64,000 nucleotides of DNA, taken from an uncultured Eubacteriales bacterium (lineage in GTDB: Bacteria; Bacillota; Clostridia; Oscillospirales; Oscillospiraceae). Under the pieces are notes generated by a model. It had not been told where the DNA came from and did no database searches. It saw only the letters and a list, made by a program, of their open reading frames with translations. The position numbers and the translations under genes were made by a program. Shown here in pieces: positions 9,966-19,700 of the stretch. The stretch lies in the NCBI GenBank assembly GCA_900546415.1, contig URCY01000002.1, positions 605-64,604 of the forward strand, read 5' to 3'. The first letter of the stretch is position 1. Each line of letters starts with the position of its first letter.

Positions 9966-11105
9966 ATGCAGTTTAAATTGGAACAAAAGGTTCAGGTTGC
10001 CGTGACCTACGATCTTGCGGGCAGCATTGCGGAGATCCTCTCTGCGCGCGGCTGGCATAAGCCCATGGTGCTTTGCAGCGGCTTCCAGCTCAAGCAGGAG
10101 CCGATCGCGAAGATGGTCGACAGCCTGACCGATTGCACGGTATTTGACGACCTCGTTTCGGATCCCCCCGCGCATTTTATCAACCATGTTGCCGAGCTTT
10201 TCACCGAAAACGGCTGCGATTGCCTGATCGCCATCGGCGGCGGCAGCGCGATCGACACGGCGCGCGGCGTGAACATCGTTCGCACGCTCGGCGGTAAGAT
10301 CGAGGATTATGTCTCGAAGAAAGAGGTTTCGACCTATTGCCACGGTCTGATCGCCGTTCCGACCACGTCCGGCACGGGCAGCGAGCTGTCCAATGCACTG
10401 GTCGTCAGCGACGACGAGACGCACGCCAAGCTGGCGGTGCTGTCGAACAACGCCGTGAGTGAATATGCCCTGCTGTGCCCGCCGCTGGCTGCGTCTCTGC
10501 CCGCGCAGATGACCGCCGCATGCGGCATGGATGCCTTTGCGCACGCTGCCGAGGCTTATACCTCCGGAATTTCCTCGCCGGTCACGGACTGCATCTGCGA
10601 GAAGGTCATGTATCTGCTTGCAAAGTATCTGCCGCAGGCCGTTGCAAACGGCTATGACCTCGAGGCGCGCGAGCGCGTGATGATCGCCGCTTGCCTCGCC
10701 GGCTGGATGCTCAACAATGCGGGCACGCATCTTGGCCATTCGCAGGCGCATATCCTCGGCGCGAAGTTCCGCATTCCGCATGGCTCGGCCTGCGCCTATG
10801 CGCTGCCCGGCACGATGCTTTACACGGCCGAGACCAACGTCAAGAAGGTCAAGGAGATCGGCCTGATTCTGGGCGCGGAGTTCCCCGCAGACCCGACCGA
10901 CCTCGAGGTCGGCCGCATCACCGCCGATCGCATCCGCTATTTCCGCGACACCGTGCTCGGCCTGAAGCCGTGGAGCGAATACGGCATCTCGAAGGAGCAG
11001 GTGCTCGATTGTGCCGCCGAGGTCGCGAAGGAGCGCTTCGCCGGTAACTATCCGCAGCCGGTCACGGAGGAGCTGTGCCGCCGGATGCTGGAGCAGTGGG
11101 GCTGA
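9966..11105 (+). CDS. Iron-containing (group III) alcohol dehydrogenase
   Basis: GGGSAIDTARG motif and metal-binding His region; 380 aa. AGGAGG ribosome-binding site before ATG 9966. Confidence 0.8.
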   Translation: MQFKLEQKVQVAVTYDLAGSIAEILSARGWHKPMVLCSGFQLKQEPIAKMVDSLTDCTVFDDLVSDPPAHFINHVAELFTENGCDCLIAIGGGSAIDTARGVNIVRTLGGKIEDYVSKKEVSTYCHGLIAVPTTSGTGSELSNALVVSDDETHAKLAVLSNNAVSEYALLCPPLAASLPAQMTAACGMDAFAHAAEAYTSGISSPVTDCICEKVMYLLAKYLPQAVANGYDLEARERVMIAACLAGWMLNNAGTHLGHSQAHILGAKFRIPHGSACAYALPGTMLYTAETNVKKVKEIGLILGAEFPADPTDLEVGRITADRIRYFRDTVLGLKPWSEYGISKEQVLDCAAEVAKERFAGNYPQPVTEELCRRMLEQWG

Positions 11106-11141
11106 GCCTCCGCTGAACCGATCGATCCGTCATAAAAATGA

Positions 11142-11177
11142 GCCGATGCAGAACCAGACTTCTGCATCGGCTTTTTA
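11142..11177 (+). terminator. Rho-independent terminator
   Basis: gccgatgcagaa...ttctgcatcggc followed by ttttta. Confidence 0.65.
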
Positions 11178-11228
11178 TAATGGGGAGGGGCGCACTGCAA
11201 AAATGCAGCGCGCTCCATTTATGACTGG

Positions 11229-14200
11229 TTACTTGGTGAAGCTTTCCGCGAAACGCATCAGAAGCGTCGCGACCTGCGCGCGAGTGGCGTTGCCCTCCGG
11301 GTCAAGCACGACGCCCGCGCCGTTGTCGGTGCCCTTGATGAGCTTGGCGGAGACGGCCCAAGCCATTGCGTCCTCGGCGTATGCCTTGACGGAGCCCGCA
11401 TCGGAGAAGCTTGCCAGATCGGCGCGGCCGGAGACGTCATAGCCCCTCTGCCCGGCATAGCGGAACAGAATGGCCGTGAGCTGCTCGCGGGTGACGTCGG
11501 CATCCGGCTCGAAGGTCGTTGCGCTCGTGCCGCGCACGATGTCGTGCTCATAGGCCCATGCGAGCGCGTCGCGGTAATAGCCCTTTGCATCGATGTCGGT
11601 GAAGGGGACAGCCGCGGAGGAGGCAGGCTCACATGCCAGACGCCACAGCACGGTGACGAGCATTGCGCGGTTCATCGCGGTTTCCGGCTCGAAGGTAGTC
11701 TCACTCGTGCCGCGGAACAGGTCGTGTGTCACGGCAAAGTCGATGCCTTCATGCGCCCAGTTGCCAACGGCGGGCATATCGGTGAACCTTGCGCCCGGAC
11801 AGTTGGCGGGGATGACCTCGCCCTGACCGATCACGACGCCGCAGACGGTGCAGACGAGATCGCCGGTGTAGCCGTTCTCGGTGCAGGTGGCGGGCTTTGC
11901 ATTCACAACCTCGGTGGTCGGATGCGTGCAGGCGGCAGCATGGATCACGGTGACGCTTGCAACCTTGCTGACAAGGCGCTTGCCGGCGGCGCTTTTCGCG
12001 TCGAACTGCTCCTGACTGACGCCGTAGGCGAAGCGGATGCTGCCGGTGTTCTTCGCAGTGGCGGCTACCTCCTCAAGCGCGCCCTTGCCGGTGCTCCAGC
12101 TCAGAGCAAGCGCGGCGGGAACCTCGGTCTTTCCGGCGTCGGTGATGTAGTACCGATTCGTCATGCTTTCGGCGTAGGTCAGCCTGCTGCTGAAGCCGTC
12201 GGCCGCTGCGGCCTGAAGCGTGTCGTTCTCGGAGAAGGTCAGACCGGCGTCGGTGAGCAGGCTGTCGATCGTGACATATTCGGTCGCGGCAAGAATGGTC
12301 TCTTCGCCGCCCTTCCAATACTGATAGCCGACGGTGCCGGTGGTCTTGAGCGCGGCCAGCTCGGAGGGCCTATAGGTCTTGACGACCTTGGCCTCGCCGC
12401 CCTCGGTCTGCTCATAGACGGTCAGGACGGCGCGCTCCGGATGCGTGACGGTCAGGGTCGCGACCTTGCTGGCAATGCGCTTGCCGGAGACGTTCTGGCT
12501 GTCATACTGTTCCTGCGTGATGCCATAGGCAAAGCGGAGATTGCCGGAGATGTAAGCGCCCTTGACGATGTCCTCGGGCGTGCCCGTGCCGGAGTTCCAA
12601 GAGATCAGGATCGCTGCGGGAACCTCCACGGCGCCCGTCTCGTTGATGTAATACTTCTTGGTCTTGCTGTCCTCATAGGTGAGGGTGGAGGTGAAATCGG
12701 CCTCTGCCGTGGAGGCGGTGACGGAATCGCCGGTGCCGAAGTCGATCCCGGCGTCAGCCAGCAGGCTGTCGATGGAGGTATAGAGGTTGGAGGCAACCGT
12801 GCCCTCGACCTTTGTCTGATGGTTCCAATATTGATAGCCGACGGTCTTGTTTTCGGCCAGCGCCTTCAGGTCGGACATGGTGTAGGTCTTGACGGTTGCA
12901 GCCGCCTCACCCTCGTACTGCTCCAGAACGGTCAGAACGACCGGCTCGGCGGGCTTTTCGTTGCCGTAGCGGAAGGTCGGAGTTGCACCGGCGCAGAGGT
13001 AGGCGATCGTGTAGCCGTCCTCGGTGATGGTCGCGCCGCCGCCGCCGCAGCCGCCGGATTCACCGGCCTGCGTCAGCCAGACCTTATAGACCGGATAGCC
13101 GGTGCTGTCGGCATCCTGTGCCTCGTACTTGGCAAACAGCTCTTTGTCGTTGAGGTCATAGGCAAAGACGTCGAACGGACTGCGCTGGAAGCGCTCCTCG
13201 GCCACGGCGCAGTCCACGACGAGCGCAGCGTTGGTGTCATAGAGGCAGACCGGAGCGGTCGCGGCGATGTTCTTGCCGAGATAGACATAGGTCAGCGCCT
13301 GGCAGGATTCAAACGTGCTTGCGGGAAGCTCCGTGATCTGAACCTCGTCCGGGAAGATGACCTTGGTCAGATTGCTCCAGTCCTGATAGAACACGCCGGT
13401 TCCCATTTCTTTCAGGCCCTTCGGCATGGTGACCTCACTCAGACCGACACAGAGACCGAAAGCTGCATTGCCGATGGACTCAATGCTGTCAACCAGCGTC
13501 AGATCGGTCAGAGCGCCGTCATAGAAGAACATATAGTCGCCGATTTTTTTGCAGCCGTCTGCAAAGGTGACCTTGGCGAGATTCGCGTTGTTGCAGAATG
13601 CGCCCGTGCCGATGGCCGACAGGGTTGCAGGGACGGTAAGTTCGGTCAGGTTATCGCAATAATAGAATGCGTAGCTTCCAATCGTCTCGACCTGATTCAG
13701 ATCCACGGACGGGAGACCGGTATGGCCGAAGCAGGAGCTTCCAACGGTTTTCAGAGAGGCGGGGAAAACAATCGCGCCGAGGTTTTCGCAGCTCCAGAAC
13801 ATATAGTCACTGAGCGCTTCCACGCCCTCGGAGATCGTGACAGAGGTCAGCTTCTTGCAGATGTCAAAGGCGCTGCTCCCAAAGGTGACGTTTGCGGGAA
13901 GCGTGACAGAGGTCAGATTGCTCTGACGGAATGCGAGACTGTCGATCCGCTTGAGCGTAGAGGGGAAGGAAACAGTGGAAAGCACACTCTTGCCGAGATA
14001 GGTCTGCATGAAGGCCTGCGAGGCAATGATTTCGACGCCTTCGGGAATGTCATAGTGCGTTTCAGGGCGTGCGCTCGGATAACGGATCAGCTTCTTGCCG
14101 TCCTTGGTGAACAGGACGCCGTCCACATCCTTGAAATTCGGATTCTCCGCATCGACATAGATGTATTGCAGAGCATCACAGCCGGCAAAAACGTTTTCGG

Positions 14201-16121
14201 TATAGGTGACAACCTGTGTATTTTCGCCCTCGCCGACGCTGGTCTGGACGTCCTTGCCCATTTTCTCAAGCGTGGCGGGGAGCTTGACAGCTTCGACCTT
14301 TTTGCAGCCGCTGAATGCATCAGAACCGATGGTTTGCAGCTTGGTATCAGAGAGATCAAGCTCCGTCACGCTGCGAAGACCCCAGCAGCCCATGGCAGAG
14401 ATGTATTCGAGCGAATCGGGGAAGGAAACGGCGGAGAAGTAGTAGTCGGACGACGAGCCGGTCATCTGATAGGAATAGATCGCGCTCGCGCCGATGCCGG
14501 TGACGGCAAAGGTCCATGTGCGGCCGACGACCTTGGCGGTGACGGACTCGGGAATGACAAGCGTCTGGGAAGCATCATTATAGCCGACGTATTTCAGCTC
14601 GACCTTGCCGGTCTTGGAGGCGTTGTCGAAGCTCGTGACGTGGAATTCCAGATACTTCGGGTTTTCGGAGGAAGCGGTCGTGCCGTCCACATAGACCTTG
14701 AAGTCCGGAATGGAGGCAACAACAGGCTCTTCGCCCCAAGTCGCAAGCGTGATGTCGCCCTTCTGTTCAACAGGGGCTGCGAGCATATCGCTCCATGTCT
14801 CCTGATAATCCTCGAGGCTCACGGCCGGAACATAGATCGTCAGACTGGAGCAGCCGTAGAAGGGATAGCGCGTGCTGTTGTAGACAGAGTAGGGGACAAC
14901 GCCGGGAGCGGATTCGCCCCGGAACGTCACGGAGGTCAGCCCCGTGCAGTTGCTGAACGCGATCGCGCCAACGGTATTGATCGTTTCGGGAAGTACGATC
15001 GCCGCAAGAGCGGTATCATCGGCAAACATCGAGCTTGAAAGTGCTTCCTGCTTAGCCGGGAGCGTGACCGCCGTCAGGTTGGGGTTTGCACCGAGGGCGG
15101 CAATCCCGAAGGTAACATTTTCGGCCTCAAAGACGATCTCCTTGAGCTGCCACGTTCTGGACATGTAACGGCCGACATAATAGAAGCCCTGCTTCTCGAC
15201 GGTCGTGACGGAAGCCGGAACGGTGATCTTCGTGATCTGCGAGACGGCCTCGGAATCGGTCTTGCCGTAGTAGCTGCCGTTGCCGCAGAACGCGCCCTCT
15301 GCAACACCGACGACGTCGTAGGTCTTGCCGTCGACGGTATAGGCGCTCGGGAGGGTGATCTCGCCGCCGAAGCCAAAATAACCGGTGATCCAGGCCTTGC
15401 CCTCGCGCAGCTCGAACTTATAGAACTCCTGCGAGCTGGGATCGACCTTCGCGCCGCAGACGCAAACGCCCTTTTCATAGGTGTGTGCCTCGTTGGTGAC
15501 GGTATAGTCGCAACCGGCATCGGTGCAGACGGCGCTGTGCGTGCCGTCGCCGTTATCCGTGTAGCTCAGGTTATGGCTGGGCGCTTCGGGATAAGCAGGG
15601 TCGGGCAGCTCGTCTGCAATATCGGCTGAGACACTGACCGCACCGTCTGCCGCCGTTTCAAAATCATCGGCATAGAGGCTCTTGCAGTGAATGATCAGCT
15701 CGCTGTCGGAAATCGCCCTGTCAAAAATCGAGTTTGCAAGAGATTCGGCAAAGTTTGCCGGGACGGCACCGTAAAAGTAGACGTTGGTCAGCGAATACAT
15801 ATAATCAAATACGTAATCGCCGTAAGTCGTGACGGTGCTCGGGATCACAAGGCTTTCGACAGCCGTATTCGAAGCGCCGATGCACATGTCATCCAGCTTT
15901 GTGACCGGCGTGCCATTGATTTTGGCGGGGATCACGACGTCAACGGCGCTGCCGAGGTATTCGGTGATGACACCGTTGGAGAATTTGAAGTCCTCTGCCG
16001 GATTCGGCTCCGGAGTCTTGGATGCGGCATCAGCGGCGAAGGCGGGCAGGACAAGCCCTGTCATCATCGACAGACACAGCAGCAGAACCAGCAGCCGACG
16101 AAGGGGTGTTTTCAGGTTCAT
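11229..16121 (-). CDS. Giant S-layer-homology cell-surface protein (1630 aa): signal peptide, BspA-type leucine-rich repeats, two tandem ~150-aa repeat domains, Cys-rich module, three C-terminal SLH domains
   Basis: N-terminal signal peptide MNLKTPLRRLLVLLLCLSMMTGLVLPAFA. LRR_5-like repeats. Repeated LTV(L/Y)EQ(Y/T)EG...FAYG(I/V)(T/S)QEQ(Y/F)D blocks. Three C-terminal F(T/S)D...(W/Y)A...L..G...FEP...TRA/EQ SLH motifs. Confidence 0.85.
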   Translation of the reverse strand: MNLKTPLRRLLVLLLCLSMMTGLVLPAFAADAASKTPEPNPAEDFKFSNGVITEYLGSAVDVVIPAKINGTPVTKLDDMCIGASNTAVESLVIPSTVTTYGDYVFDYMYSLTNVYFYGAVPANFAESLANSIFDRAISDSELIIHCKSLYADDFETAADGAVSVSADIADELPDPAYPEAPSHNLSYTDNGDGTHSAVCTDAGCDYTVTNEAHTYEKGVCVCGAKVDPSSQEFYKFELREGKAWITGYFGFGGEITLPSAYTVDGKTYDVVGVAEGAFCGNGSYYGKTDSEAVSQITKITVPASVTTVEKQGFYYVGRYMSRTWQLKEIVFEAENVTFGIAALGANPNLTAVTLPAKQEALSSSMFADDTALAAIVLPETINTVGAIAFSNCTGLTSVTFRGESAPGVVPYSVYNSTRYPFYGCSSLTIYVPAVSLEDYQETWSDMLAAPVEQKGDITLATWGEEPVVASIPDFKVYVDGTTASSENPKYLEFHVTSFDNASKTGKVELKYVGYNDASQTLVIPESVTAKVVGRTWTFAVTGIGASAIYSYQMTGSSSDYYFSAVSFPDSLEYISAMGCWGLRSVTELDLSDTKLQTIGSDAFSGCKKVEAVKLPATLEKMGKDVQTSVGEGENTQVVTYTENVFAGCDALQYIYVDAENPNFKDVDGVLFTKDGKKLIRYPSARPETHYDIPEGVEIIASQAFMQTYLGKSVLSTVSFPSTLKRIDSLAFRQSNLTSVTLPANVTFGSSAFDICKKLTSVTISEGVEALSDYMFWSCENLGAIVFPASLKTVGSSCFGHTGLPSVDLNQVETIGSYAFYYCDNLTELTVPATLSAIGTGAFCNNANLAKVTFADGCKKIGDYMFFYDGALTDLTLVDSIESIGNAAFGLCVGLSEVTMPKGLKEMGTGVFYQDWSNLTKVIFPDEVQITELPASTFESCQALTYVYLGKNIAATAPVCLYDTNAALVVDCAVAEERFQRSPFDVFAYDLNDKELFAKYEAQDADSTGYPVYKVWLTQAGESGGCGGGGATITEDGYTIAYLCAGATPTFRYGNEKPAEPVVLTVLEQYEGEAAATVKTYTMSDLKALAENKTVGYQYWNHQTKVEGTVASNLYTSIDSLLADAGIDFGTGDSVTASTAEADFTSTLTYEDSKTKKYYINETGAVEVPAAILISWNSGTGTPEDIVKGAYISGNLRFAYGITQEQYDSQNVSGKRIASKVATLTVTHPERAVLTVYEQTEGGEAKVVKTYRPSELAALKTTGTVGYQYWKGGEETILAATEYVTIDSLLTDAGLTFSENDTLQAAAADGFSSRLTYAESMTNRYYITDAGKTEVPAALALSWSTGKGALEEVAATAKNTGSIRFAYGVSQEQFDAKSAAGKRLVSKVASVTVIHAAACTHPTTEVVNAKPATCTENGYTGDLVCTVCGVVIGQGEVIPANCPGARFTDMPAVGNWAHEGIDFAVTHDLFRGTSETTFEPETAMNRAMLVTVLWRLACEPASSAAVPFTDIDAKGYYRDALAWAYEHDIVRGTSATTFEPDADVTREQLTAILFRYAGQRGYDVSGRADLASFSDAGSVKAYAEDAMAWAVSAKLIKGTDNGAGVVLDPEGNATRAQVATLLMRFAESFTK

Positions 16122-16196
16122 GGTTTTGTCTCCTTTCCTTCGTTGTTTTGTTTTCAGAACAACGGTAACTAAAAAAATTTGGGTTTCCCTGGCAAT

Positions 16197-16225
16197 ATTC
16201 TAGAAGAAGAATAACGCAATGTCAA
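16197..16225 (-). promoter_or_regulatory. Sigma-A promoter for the giant LRR/SLH gene (minus strand)
   Basis: On the minus strand: TTGACA, 17-nt spacer, TAGAAT. Confidence 0.6.
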
Positions 16226-16296
16226 GACCGACTGGAAAAATTCGGCAATATCGAACAGAAACACGCTGTTAATTCCGTGAAAAATAACCGCAGGGC

Positions 16297-16325
16297 TTGC
16301 AATTTTCCCGTCTTCGGTGTATGAT
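16297..16325 (+). promoter_or_regulatory. Sigma-A promoter for the five-gene SBP / ExbBD-like / SLH operon
   Basis: TTGCAA, 17-nt spacer, TATGAT. A near-palindromic atgataagcat overlaps the -10 element. Confidence 0.55.
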
Positions 16326-16408
16326 AAGCATAACGAAATCGGATCGGAGCCGTTTCTTTTTTTGAAGACGGTTATTCTCGTTTGTGTATCACGGGTTCAG
16401 GAGTGCTT

Positions 16409-17491
16409 ATGAAACGAATTCTTGCTATTGTAATAGGTATCGCGTTGTGCCTGTCTCTGACGGCCTGCGGCAGCGGCTATGACCCGCTGGAGGGCGTCGC
16501 GACGCAGCAGTTTACGGACAGCGCCGGGCGGGATGTTATGCTCCCGCAGGAGATCACGCGCGTCGCTGCCAGCGGCTCGACGGCGCAGATGATTTTGATG
16601 ACGATCGCGCCGGAGCTTCTGATCGGCCTTGCCAGCAGTCCGAGCGCGGCGCAGATGCCGTATTTTCCGGAGAATATGTGGTATCTGCCGACCTTCGGCC
16701 AGTTTTACGGCAGCAAGGCAAACCTGAACATGGAGGCGCTGATCGACGCGCAGCCGCAGATCATCATTGACCTCGGCGACGCGAAGGAGAGCGTCGTCGA
16801 CGACATGAACGGCATTCAGAAGCAGACCGGCATCCCGACGGTCTTCATCGAGGCGACGATCGAGACCATGCCGCAGGCCTACCGCACGCTCGGCAAGCTT
16901 CTGAACCGGGAGGAGCAGGGCGAAAGGCTCGCGGAATTCGTCGAACGGACGCTCGATATGGCAGAGGAAAATTCGGCAAGGCTTTCGGAATCGGAGCGCA
17001 AAACCGTAATGTTCGGAACCGGCTCGACAGGCCTTGCCTGCAATGCGGCCGGGTCGGTGCAGGCCGACGTGATCGAGCTGGTCGGCGCGGTCAACGCGAT
17101 TGAGTCCGGCGAGATCAGCAACCGCAACGGCGGCACGACGGTGAACCTCGAGCAGGTCTATGTCTATGACCCGCAGGTCATCATTCTCTCGGCCGGCGGG
17201 CCGTATGAGACGCTGCAGGACGGCGAGTGGTCCGGGCTGACGGCGGTTCGGAGCGGCAATTATTATGAGATCCCGAACCTGCCCTATGACTGGATGTCCT
17301 CACCGCCGTCGGTCAACCGCGTGCTCGGTGTCTGGTGGCTGGGCAACCTGCTCTATCCGGAGCTTTATGACTATGATATGATCGCCGTGGCGCAGGAATT
17401 TTACAGCCTGTTCTGGCATTACGAGCTGTCCGAGGACGAGGCGCGCACGCTGATGGCGCATTCGACCTATCGCGGGGAGGCGACGCCATGA
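16409..17491 (+). CDS. ABC transporter substrate-binding lipoprotein, FecB/BtuF-type (iron-siderophore / heme / corrinoid class)
   Basis: Lipoprotein signal MKRILAIVIGIALCLSLTACGSG; class III periplasmic-binding fold features. CAGGAG ribosome-binding site. Stop overlaps the next gene's start (ATGA). Confidence 0.8.
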   Translation: MKRILAIVIGIALCLSLTACGSGYDPLEGVATQQFTDSAGRDVMLPQEITRVAASGSTAQMILMTIAPELLIGLASSPSAAQMPYFPENMWYLPTFGQFYGSKANLNMEALIDAQPQIIIDLGDAKESVVDDMNGIQKQTGIPTVFIEATIETMPQAYRTLGKLLNREEQGERLAEFVERTLDMAEENSARLSESERKTVMFGTGSTGLACNAAGSVQADVIELVGAVNAIESGEISNRNGGTTVNLEQVYVYDPQVIILSAGGPYETLQDGEWSGLTAVRSGNYYEIPNLPYDWMSSPPSVNRVLGVWWLGNLLYPELYDYDMIAVAQEFYSLFWHYELSEDEARTLMAHSTYRGEATP

Positions 17492-19083
17492 GACGCCGTG
17501 TTCCCGCGCTCCTGACGGCGCTTCTGCTGCTTCTGAGCCTTGCCGCGCCGGGTCTCGCGGCCGGGCAGGTGACCGACACGCTCACGGTCAAGGTCGGCTA
17601 CTTCGGCATGGAAACGGAGCAATATGCGGAGGTCGGCACGTACCATTGGTCGGAGCTTTCGCAGAATCTGCCGATTGTCGAGAACGCGTATTCCTTCTTC
17701 CGCAGCGGGACGGACGGCGTTTACCGCACGGTGATCGATTCTGCGCGCGGCTTTTCCATCAGCGACCTGATGGACTATGTGAACATCAACATACAGGATA
17801 TTCAGTCGATCCAGTTCTATACGAAGGATCAGGAGATCGGCTATTTCACCTCGTTCACCAACGCCGAGCTCTTCGAGACGCCGCGCTATTATTTCAACGA
17901 TCTTTCGTCTCACATTGAGCCGGTCTATAACGACGCGGGTGAGGTCGTGGAATTCAACGCCGATTCGGCGTGGGACGACTGCTGGGAGGTCGCGCCGATG
18001 CTGGCGCTCGAGGACAGCTGGGCAACCTACGAGCTGGGCACGGAGCACACCGCGCCGAACTACGAGAGCATGGGGACGGGCAACCGCTTCCGGCTGTTGT
18101 TCGGGCAGGCGTACCCGACGGAGGTGCGGACGAACCAGAGCGCGAAATACACGCACACCCTGTTCGTCACGCTCAACGGCACGCCGCCCGTGCCGGAGCT
18201 TCCGGAGCTGGACGGGACGATCGGGTCGCATACGATCCAGTTCGATATGTCGCTCAGCAACGGCACCCTGCGCGAGGCGCTCGCGCAGCTGCTGAACATC
18301 TCCTCGTCGGATTCCTCCGTTTTGGAGATCAAGAGCGTGACCGTCACGCCGAGCAGCGAATATGTCGATCTTGCGACGGTCACGGTGACCTATGAGGTGC
18401 ATAAGGAAGGGGCGGCGAGTCTGTCGATCGGGCTTGGCGGAGCGCCCGTGACGAGCAGCCCGACGATCACGACGCACGATCCGACGCCGACCGAGCCTGA
18501 CCCGCAGCCCACGCTGCCGGTCTTGCCGGACACGCCGACGCAGCCCGACAACGGCAATGGGCAGGGGAACGGCAGCGGCAACGATCAGAGCAACGGGAAC
18601 GGCAGCGGCAACGATCAGAGCAACGGGAACGGAAGCGGCAACGATCAGAGCAACGGGAACGGAAGCGGCAACGGGAACGGTTCGATCCCGACCCCGACAA
18701 CGCCCGCTCCGACGACCGCTCCGACCGAGGTGACCGAGGCGACCACCGAGCCGCCGACCGAGCTTGGCGTTCCGGACGGCTTGAATCCGGCCGACACCGC
18801 GCCCGTTCCGCTGCCCGAGCAGATGGTGCGTATGTACGCGCTGGACGATTCCGTTGCGCGGCAGCTGATGCAAAAGGGCGAACAGGCAGTGCAGCCGGAT
18901 GCGCAGAACGGCGGCGCGGCGGCACACGCGCCGACGGTCGCACCTGCGATCGAGGAGCGGGACGACCGTCTGACGCTGCTGCTGGTTGCGCTCGGCGCGA
19001 TCCTGACCGCCGCTGCGGGCGGCGCGGCAGCCTGCGCTTATTATCAAAAACAATTTCCACGAAAAGAAAGAGGTAAGGCATGA
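17488..19083 (+). CDS. Secreted, C-terminally membrane-anchored protein with an Asn/Gly/Gln-rich tandem repeat region and a Pro/Thr-rich linker
   Basis: Signal peptide MRRRVPALLTALLLLLSLAAPGLAAGQ. (NGSGNDQSNG) x3 repeats, PTTPAPTTAPTE linker, C-terminal hydrophobic segment plus KKR tail. Translationally coupled on both sides. Confidence 0.7.
   Translation: MRRRVPALLTALLLLLSLAAPGLAAGQVTDTLTVKVGYFGMETEQYAEVGTYHWSELSQNLPIVENAYSFFRSGTDGVYRTVIDSARGFSISDLMDYVNINIQDIQSIQFYTKDQEIGYFTSFTNAELFETPRYYFNDLSSHIEPVYNDAGEVVEFNADSAWDDCWEVAPMLALEDSWATYELGTEHTAPNYESMGTGNRFRLLFGQAYPTEVRTNQSAKYTHTLFVTLNGTPPVPELPELDGTIGSHTIQFDMSLSNGTLREALAQLLNISSSDSSVLEIKSVTVTPSSEYVDLATVTVTYEVHKEGAASLSIGLGGAPVTSSPTITTHDPTPTEPDPQPTLPVLPDTPTQPDNGNGQGNGSGNDQSNGNGSGNDQSNGNGSGNDQSNGNGSGNGNGSIPTPTTPAPTTAPTEVTEATTEPPTELGVPDGLNPADTAPVPLPEQMVRMYALDDSVARQLMQKGEQAVQPDAQNGGAAAHAPTVAPAIEERDDRLTLLLVALGAILTAAAGGAAACAYYQKQFPRKERGKA
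18571..18680 (+). repeat. In-frame 30-bp tandem repeat (about 3.6 copies) encoding GSGNDQSNGN
   Basis: ggcagcggcaacgatcagagcaacgggaac repeated at 18571, 18601 and 18631, with a partial fourth copy. Confidence 0.9.
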
Positions 19084-19700
19084 GTTCTGCATTTCACGAG
19101 ATTCTGCGCGCGGTCGCGTCGGCCATGGAGCTGCCGGTCGTGCTGCTGCTGGTGCTGCTGCTGGCCTTCGCGGTGTTCACCGTCGGCTGGCTGCTGGTCG
19201 AGTATTTTACAGAGCACCGCCATATGAAGTTCACGCTGCCGGTTCTGCTTGAGACGCTCCGCACAACGGACGACGTCTCGAAGACCTTGGAGCGCAGCCG
19301 CCTGAACCGTCGGCAGAGGGCGCTTTTGGCCGAGCTGGCCGCGCATCCGGAGTTGACGGCCGAGCTGCGCCGCTCTCTGGCGGACAATCTGCTCGAGCAT
19401 GAGCAGGCGCACTATGACCGGCTCATCAAGCTGACCGATCTTGCCGCGAAGCTCGCGCCGATGTTCGGCCTGCTTGGCACGCTCATCCCGCTCGGCCCCG
19501 GCATCATCGCTTTGGGACAGGGCGACACCTACACGCTGTCCGTCTCGCTTCTGACCGCGTTCGACACGACGATCGTCGGCCTGATCGCGGCGGCGGTCTG
19601 CATGGTCGTTTCGACCGTCCGCAAGCGCTGGTACGGCGCGTATATGTCCGATCTGGAGACGCTGGCGGACTGCCTCTGCGAGCGCGAGGCGGCAGCATGA
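19080..19700 (+). CDS. MotA/TolQ/ExbB-family proton-channel protein
   Basis: Three-TM topology: TM1, then a ~90-aa cytoplasmic loop, then TM2-TM3. Conserved motif APMFGLLGTLIPLGPGII. Start ATG overlaps the upstream stop (ATGA). Confidence 0.75.
   Translation: MSSAFHEILRAVASAMELPVVLLLVLLLAFAVFTVGWLLVEYFTEHRHMKFTLPVLLETLRTTDDVSKTLERSRLNRRQRALLAELAAHPELTAELRRSLADNLLEHEQAHYDRLIKLTDLAAKLAPMFGLLGTLIPLGPGIIALGQGDTYTLSVSLLTAFDTTIVGLIAAAVCMVVSTVRKRWYGAYMSDLETLADCLCEREAAA

Noticed and set aside
11544-15038. 1164-aa plus-strand ORF inside the giant LRR/SLH gene
   Set aside because: Gly/Ala/Arg/Asp-rich with no recognisable repeats. The minus-strand frame has a signal peptide, LRR and SLH domains and a strong promoter and ribosome-binding site.
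16122-16408. Cobalamin or other riboswitch upstream of the FecB/BtuF-type binding protein
   Set aside because: No B12-box (GCCACTG-like) or other recognisable riboswitch core was found by eye. Only a simple stem is present, so it is reported only as a possible regulatory leader.
18571-18680. Possible CRISPR array (regular 30-bp repeats)
   Set aside because: The repeats are directly tandem with no spacers. They are in frame within a CDS and encode a GSGNDQSNGN peptide repeat. No cas genes are nearby.
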